Shown: one piece after another, positions 59,101-64,000 of the stretch
Numbering within the stretch: the first letter of the stretch is position 1
Layout: every line of letters starts with the position of its first letter
NCBI GenBank assembly: GCA_964016885.1
Contig: OZ024757.1
Location: forward strand, 10,540,001 to 10,604,000
Length of the DNA stretch: 64,000 bases
Origin: Eledone cirrhosa
Taxonomy: Eukaryota
Direction: 5' to 3'
Program-made: the position numbers and the translations under genes
The notes under the pieces: generated by a model
The model's database searches: none
What the model saw: the letters and a program-made list of their open reading frames with translations, nothing else
What the model was told of the DNA's origin: nothing

Positions 59101-62100
59101 GGCGGTGGTGGTGGTAGTGTTTCTGGTGGTGGCGGTGGTGGTAGTGTTGATGGTGATGGTGGTGGTGGTAGTGTTGATGGTGGTGGCGGTGGTGGTGGTA
59201 GTGTTTCTGGTGGTGGCGGTGGTGGTAGAGTTGATGGTGATGGTGGTGGTGGTAGTGTTGATGGTGGTGGCGGTGGTGGTAGTGTTGATGGTGGTGGCGG
59301 TGGTGGTAGTGTTGATGGTGCTGGAGGTGTTGGTGGTAGTGTTGATGGTGGTGGCGGTGGTGGTGGTAGTGTTGATGGTGGTGGCGGTGGTAGTAGTGTT
59401 GATGGTGATGGTGTTGGTGGTAGGTGTTGATGGTGGTGGCGGTGGTGGTGGTAGTGTTTCTGGTGGTGGCGGTGGTGGTAGAGTTGATGGTGATGGTGGT
59501 GGTGGTAGTGTTGATGGTGGTGGCGGTGGTGGTAGTGTTGACGGTGGTGGCGGTGGTGGTAGTGTTGATGGTGCTGGAGGTGTTGGTGGTAGTGTTGATG
59601 GTGGTGGCGGTGGTGGTGGTAGTGTTGATGGTGGTGGCGGTGGTGGTAGTGTTGATGGTGGTGGCGGTGTTGGTAGTGTTGATCGTGGTGGTGGTGGTGG
59701 CAGTGTTGATGGTGGTGGCGTGGTGATGGTAGTTTTGATGGTGGTGGCGGTGGTGGTGGTAGTGTTGTTGGTGGTGGCGGTGGTGGTAGTGTTGATGGTG
59801 GTGGCGGTGGTGGTAGTATTGATGATGGTGGCGGTGGTGGTGGTAGTGTTGATGGTGGTGGCGGTGGTGGTACTGTTGATGGTGGCGGAGGTGGTGGTTG
59901 TAGTGTTGATGGTGGTGGCGGTGGTGGTGGTAGTGTTGATGCTGGTGGCGGTGGTGGTAGAGTTGATGGTGATGGCGGTGGTGGTAGTGTTGATGGTGGA
60001 GGTGGTGGTGGTAGTGTTGATGGTGGTGGCGGTGGTGGTGGTAGTGTTGATGGTGGTGGCGGTGGTGGTAGTGTTGATGGTGGTGGCGGTGGTGGTAGTG
60101 TTGATGGTGGTGGCGGTGGTGGTAGTGTTGGTGGTGGTGGTGGCGGTGGTGGTAGTGTTGATGGTGGTGGCGGTGGTGGTGGTAGTGTTGATGGTGGTGG
60201 CGGTGGTGGTAGTGTTGAGTATGGTAGAGGTGTTGGTGGTAGTGTTGATGGTGGTGGCGGTGGTGGTGGTAGTGTTGATGGTGGTGGCGGAGGTGGTAGA
60301 GTTGATGGTGATGGCGGTGGTGGTAGTGTTGATGGTGGTGGCGGTGGAGGTAGTGTTGATGGTGGTGGCGGTGGTGGTAGTGTTGAGTATGGTGGAGGTG
60401 TTGGTGGTAGTGTTGATGGTGGTGGCGGTGGTGGTGGTAGTGTTGATGGTGGTGGCGGTGGTGGTAGAGTTGATGGTGATGGTGGTGGTGGTAGTGTTGA
60501 TGGTGGTGGCGGTGGTGGTAGTGTTGATGGTGGTGGCGGTGGTGGTAGTGTTGATGGTGCTGGAGGTGTTGGTGGTAGTGTTGATGGTGGTGGCGGTGGT
60601 GGTGGTAGTGTTGATGGTGGTGGCGGTAGTGGTGGTAGTGTTGATGTTGATGGCGGTGGTGGTAGTGTTGATGGTGGTGGCGGAGGTGGTAGTGTTGATG
60701 GAGGTGGTGGTGGTGGTACTGTTGATGGTGGTGGTGGTGGTGGTACTGTTGATGGTGGTGGAGGTGGTGGTGGTAGTGTTGATGGTGGTGGCGGTGGTGG
60801 TGGTAGTGTTGATGGTGGTGGTGGTAGTGTTGATGGTGGTGGCGGTGGTGGTAGTGTTGATGGCGGTGGCGGTGGTGGTAGTGTTGATGGTGATGGCGGT
60901 GGTGGTAGTGTTGATGGTGGAGGTGGTGGTGGTAGTGTTGATGGTGGTGGCGGTGGTGGTGGTAGTGTTGATGGTGGTGGCGGTGGTGGTAGATTTGATG
61001 GTGATGGCGGTGGTGGTAGTGTTGATGGTGGTGGCGGTGGTGGTAGTGTTGATGGTGGTGGCGGTGGTGGTAGTGTTGAGTGTGGTGGAGGTGTTGGTGG
61101 TAGTGTTGATGGTGGTGGCGGTGGTGGTGGTAGTGTTGATGGTGGTGGCGGTGGTGTTAGTGTTGATGGTGGTGGCGGTGGTGGTAGTGTTGATGGTGGT
61201 GGCGGTGGTGGTACTGTTGATGGTGGTGGTGGCAGTGGTGGTAGTGTTGATGGTGGTGGCGGTGGTGGTGGTAGTGTTGATGGTGGTGGCGGTGGTGGTA
61301 GAGTTGATGGTGATGGCGGTGGTCGTAGTGTTGATGGTGGTGGCGGTGGTGGTAGTGTTGATGGTGGTGGCGGTGGTGGTAGTGTTGAGTGTGGTGGAGG
61401 TGTTGGTGGTAGTGTTGATGGTGGTGGCGGTGGTGGTGGTAGTGTTGATGGTGGTGGCGGTGGTGGTAGTGTTGATGGTGCTGGAGGTGTTGGTGGTAGT
61501 GTTGATGGTGGTGTCGGTGGTGGTGGTAGTGTTGATGGTGGTATTGTTGAGTGTGGTGGAGGTGTTGGTGGTAGTGTTGATGGTTCTGGCGGTGGTGGTG
61601 GTAGTTTTGATGGTGGTGGCGGTAGTGTTGATGGTGGTGGCGGTGGTGGTAGTGTTGATGGTGGTGGCGGTGGTGGTAGTGTTGATGGTGGTGGCGGTGG
61701 TGGTAGAGTTGATGGTGATGGCGGTGGTGGTAGTGTTGATGGTGGTGGCGGTGGTGGTAGTGTTGATGGTGGTGGCGGTGGTGGTAGTGTTGAGTGTGGT
61801 GGAGGTGTTGGTGGTAGTGTTGATGGTGGTGGCGGTGGTGGTGGTAGTGTTGATGGTGGTGGCGGTGGTGGTAGTGTTGATGGCGGTGGTGCTGGTAGTG
61901 TTGATGGTGGTGACTGTCGTGGTGGTAGTGTTGATGGTGGTGGCGGTGGTGGTAGTGTTGATGGTGGTGGCGGTGGTGGTAGTGTTGATGGTGGTGGTGG
62001 TAGTGTTGATGGTGGTGGCGGTGGTGGTAGTGTTGATGGTGGTGCTGGTGGTGGTAGTGTTGATGGTGGTGGTGGTGGTGGTACTGTTGATGGTGGTGGA

Positions 62101-64000
62101 GGTGGTGGTGGTAGTGTTGATGGTGGTGGCGGTGGTGGTGGTAGTGTTGATGGTGGTGGTGGTAGTGTTGATGGTGGTGGCGTGGTGGTAGTGTTGATGG
62201 CGGTGGCGGTGGTGGTAGTGTTGATGGTGGTGGCGGTGGTGGTAGTGTTGATCGTGGTGGCGGTGGTGGTAGTGTTGAGTGTGGTGGAGGTGTTGGTGGT
62301 AGTGTTGATGGTGGTGGCGGTGGTGGTGGTAGTGTTGATGGTGGTGGCGGTGGTGGTAGTGTTGATGGTGGTGGCGGTGGTGGTAGTGTTGAGTGTGGTG
62401 GAGGTGTTGGTGGTAGTGTTGATGGTGGTGGCGGTGGTGGTGGTAGTGTTTCTGGTGGTGGCGGTGGTGGTAGAGTTGATGGTGATGGTGGTGGTGGTAG
62501 TGTTGATGGTGGTGGCGGTGGTGGTAGTGTTGATGGTGGTGGCGGTGGTGGTAGTGTTGATGGTGCTGGAGGTGTTGGTGGTAGTGTTGATGGTGGTGGC
62601 GGTGGTGGTGGTAGTGTTGATGGTGGTGGCGGTGGTGGTAGTGTTGATGGTGGTGGCGGTGGTGGTAGTGTTGATCGTGGTGGTGGTGGTGGCAGTGTTG
62701 ATGGTGGTGGCGGTGGTGATGGTAGTTTTGATGGTGATGGCGGTGGTGGTGGTAGTGTTGTTGGTGGTGGCGGTGGTGGTAGTGTTGATGGTGGTGGCGG
62801 TGGTGGTAGTGTTGATGGTGGAGGTGGTGGTGGTAGTGTTGATGGTGGTGGCGGTGGTGGTGGTAGTGTTGATGGTGGTGGCGGTGGTGGTAGTGTTGAT
62901 GGTGGTGGCGGTGGTGGTAGTGTTGATGGTGGTGGCGGTGGTGGTAGTGTTGATGGTGGTGGTGGCGGTGGTGGTAGTGTTGATGGTGGTTGCGGTGGTG
63001 GTGGTAGTGTTGATGGTGGTGGCGGTGGAGGTAGTGTTGATGGTGGTGGCGGTGGAGGTAGTGTTGATGGTGGTGGCGGTGGTGGTAGTGTTGAGTATGG
63101 TGGAGGTGTTGGTGGTAGTGTTGATGGTGCTGGAGGTGTTGGTGGTAGTGTTGATGGTGGTGGCGGTGGTGGTGGTAGTGTTGATGGTGGTGGCGGTAGT
63201 GGTGGTAGTGTTGATGTTGATGGCGGTGGTGGTAGTGTTGATGGTGGTGGCGGAGGTGGTAGTGTTGATGGTGGTGGTGGTGGTGCTAGTGTTGATGGTG
63301 GTGGTGGTTGTGGTACTGTTGATGGTGGTGGAGGTGGTGGTGGTAGTGTTGATGGTGGTGGCGGTGGTGGTGGTAGTGTTGATGGTGGTGGTGGTAGTGT
63401 TGATGGTGGTGGCGGTGGTGGTAGTGTTGATGGCGGTGGCGGTGGTGGTAGTGTTGATGGTGATGGCGGTGGTGGTAGTGTTGATGGTGGAGGTGGTGGT
63501 GGTAGTGTTGATGGTGGTGGCGGTGGTGGTGGTAGTGTTGATGGTGGTGGCGGTGGTGGTAGAGTTGATGGTGATGGCGGTGGTGGTAGTGTTGATGGTG
63601 GTGGCGGTGGTGGTAGTGTTGATGGTGGTGGCGGTGGTGGTAGTGTTGAGTGTGGTGGAGGTGTTGGTGGTAGTGTTGATGGTGGTGGCGGTGGTGGTGG
63701 TAGTGTTGATGGTGGTGGCGATGGTGGTAGTGTTGAGTGTGGTGGAGGTGTTGGTGGTAGTGTTGATGGTGGTGGCGGTGGTGGTGGTAGTGTTTCTGGT
63801 GGTGGCGGTGGTGGTAGAGTTGATGGTGATAGTGGTGGTGGTAGTGTTGATGGTGGTGGCGGTGGTGGTAGTGTTGATGGTGGTGGCGGTGGTGGTAGTG
63901 TTGATGGTGCTGGAGGTGTTGGTGGTAGTGTTGATGGTGGTGGCGGTGGTGGTGGTAGTGTTGATGGTGGTGGCGGTGGTGGTAGTGTTGATGGTGGTGT
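23124..64000 (-). CDS. Putative giant Thr-rich mucin-like exon, (TTATTINTT)n; coding status unproven
   Basis: Thr frame appears unbroken from ~51896 to ~25400 (ORF track: 5822 aa from 42257, last ~200 aa in the Pro frame); seven single-base indels seen in 41 kb; ends in non-repeat IIIPTKPST followed by a possible donor GTAAAC (23123-23118). No start codon, signal peptide or other exons visible. Confidence 0.4.
23141..64000. repeat. Giant GGT-derived minisatellite, consensus GATGGTGGTGGCGGTGGTGGTAGTGTT (27 bp; 21/30-bp variants), with kb-scale higher-order repeats; runs off the window end
   Basis: Direct inspection; rare variant units recur at kb spacing. Confidence 0.98.

Noticed and set aside
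23137-62191. Huge plus-strand Val-rich ORFs (9588, 1296 and 2136 aa) and Gly-rich segments
   Set aside because: Shadow frames of the GGT-based repeat; thousands of residues of poly-Val/Leu/Met is implausible as a protein, and several frames are open simply because of base composition.
23141-64000. CRISPR-like or telomeric array
   Set aside because: No unique spacers and no cas genes; the unit is not TTAGGG-like; context is eukaryotic.

Overview
Eukaryotic, repeat-dominated animal DNA. The (TA)n/(TG)n microsatellites, tRNA-SINE with an RTE-type tail and RTE relics look cephalopod/Octopus-like (inference). Bases 1-11.4 kb hold microsatellites plus decayed retroelements: a tRNA-derived SINE, RTE fragments, a 5'-truncated CRE-type RT+RLE element and an internally deleted bipartite RTE. 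They also hold two divergent ~470-bp partial-tandem non-coding elements, each carrying a minimal type I hammerhead ribozyme (Penelope/retrozyme-like). Bases 11.4-23.1 kb hold two full-length, head-to-tail Tx1-clade LINEs on the minus strand, one with both ORFs intact. The same 22-bp (GT)n/(GATA)n microsatellite junction separates and flanks them, which points to repeated site-specific insertion. From 23.1 kb to the window end (>40 kb) is one giant 27/30-bp minisatellite with kb-scale higher-order repeats. Its minus strand reads (TTATTINTT)n, a Thr-rich mucin-like frame with an N-x-T sequon in nearly every unit; whether it is coding is unresolved. No conventional host gene is securely identifiable.
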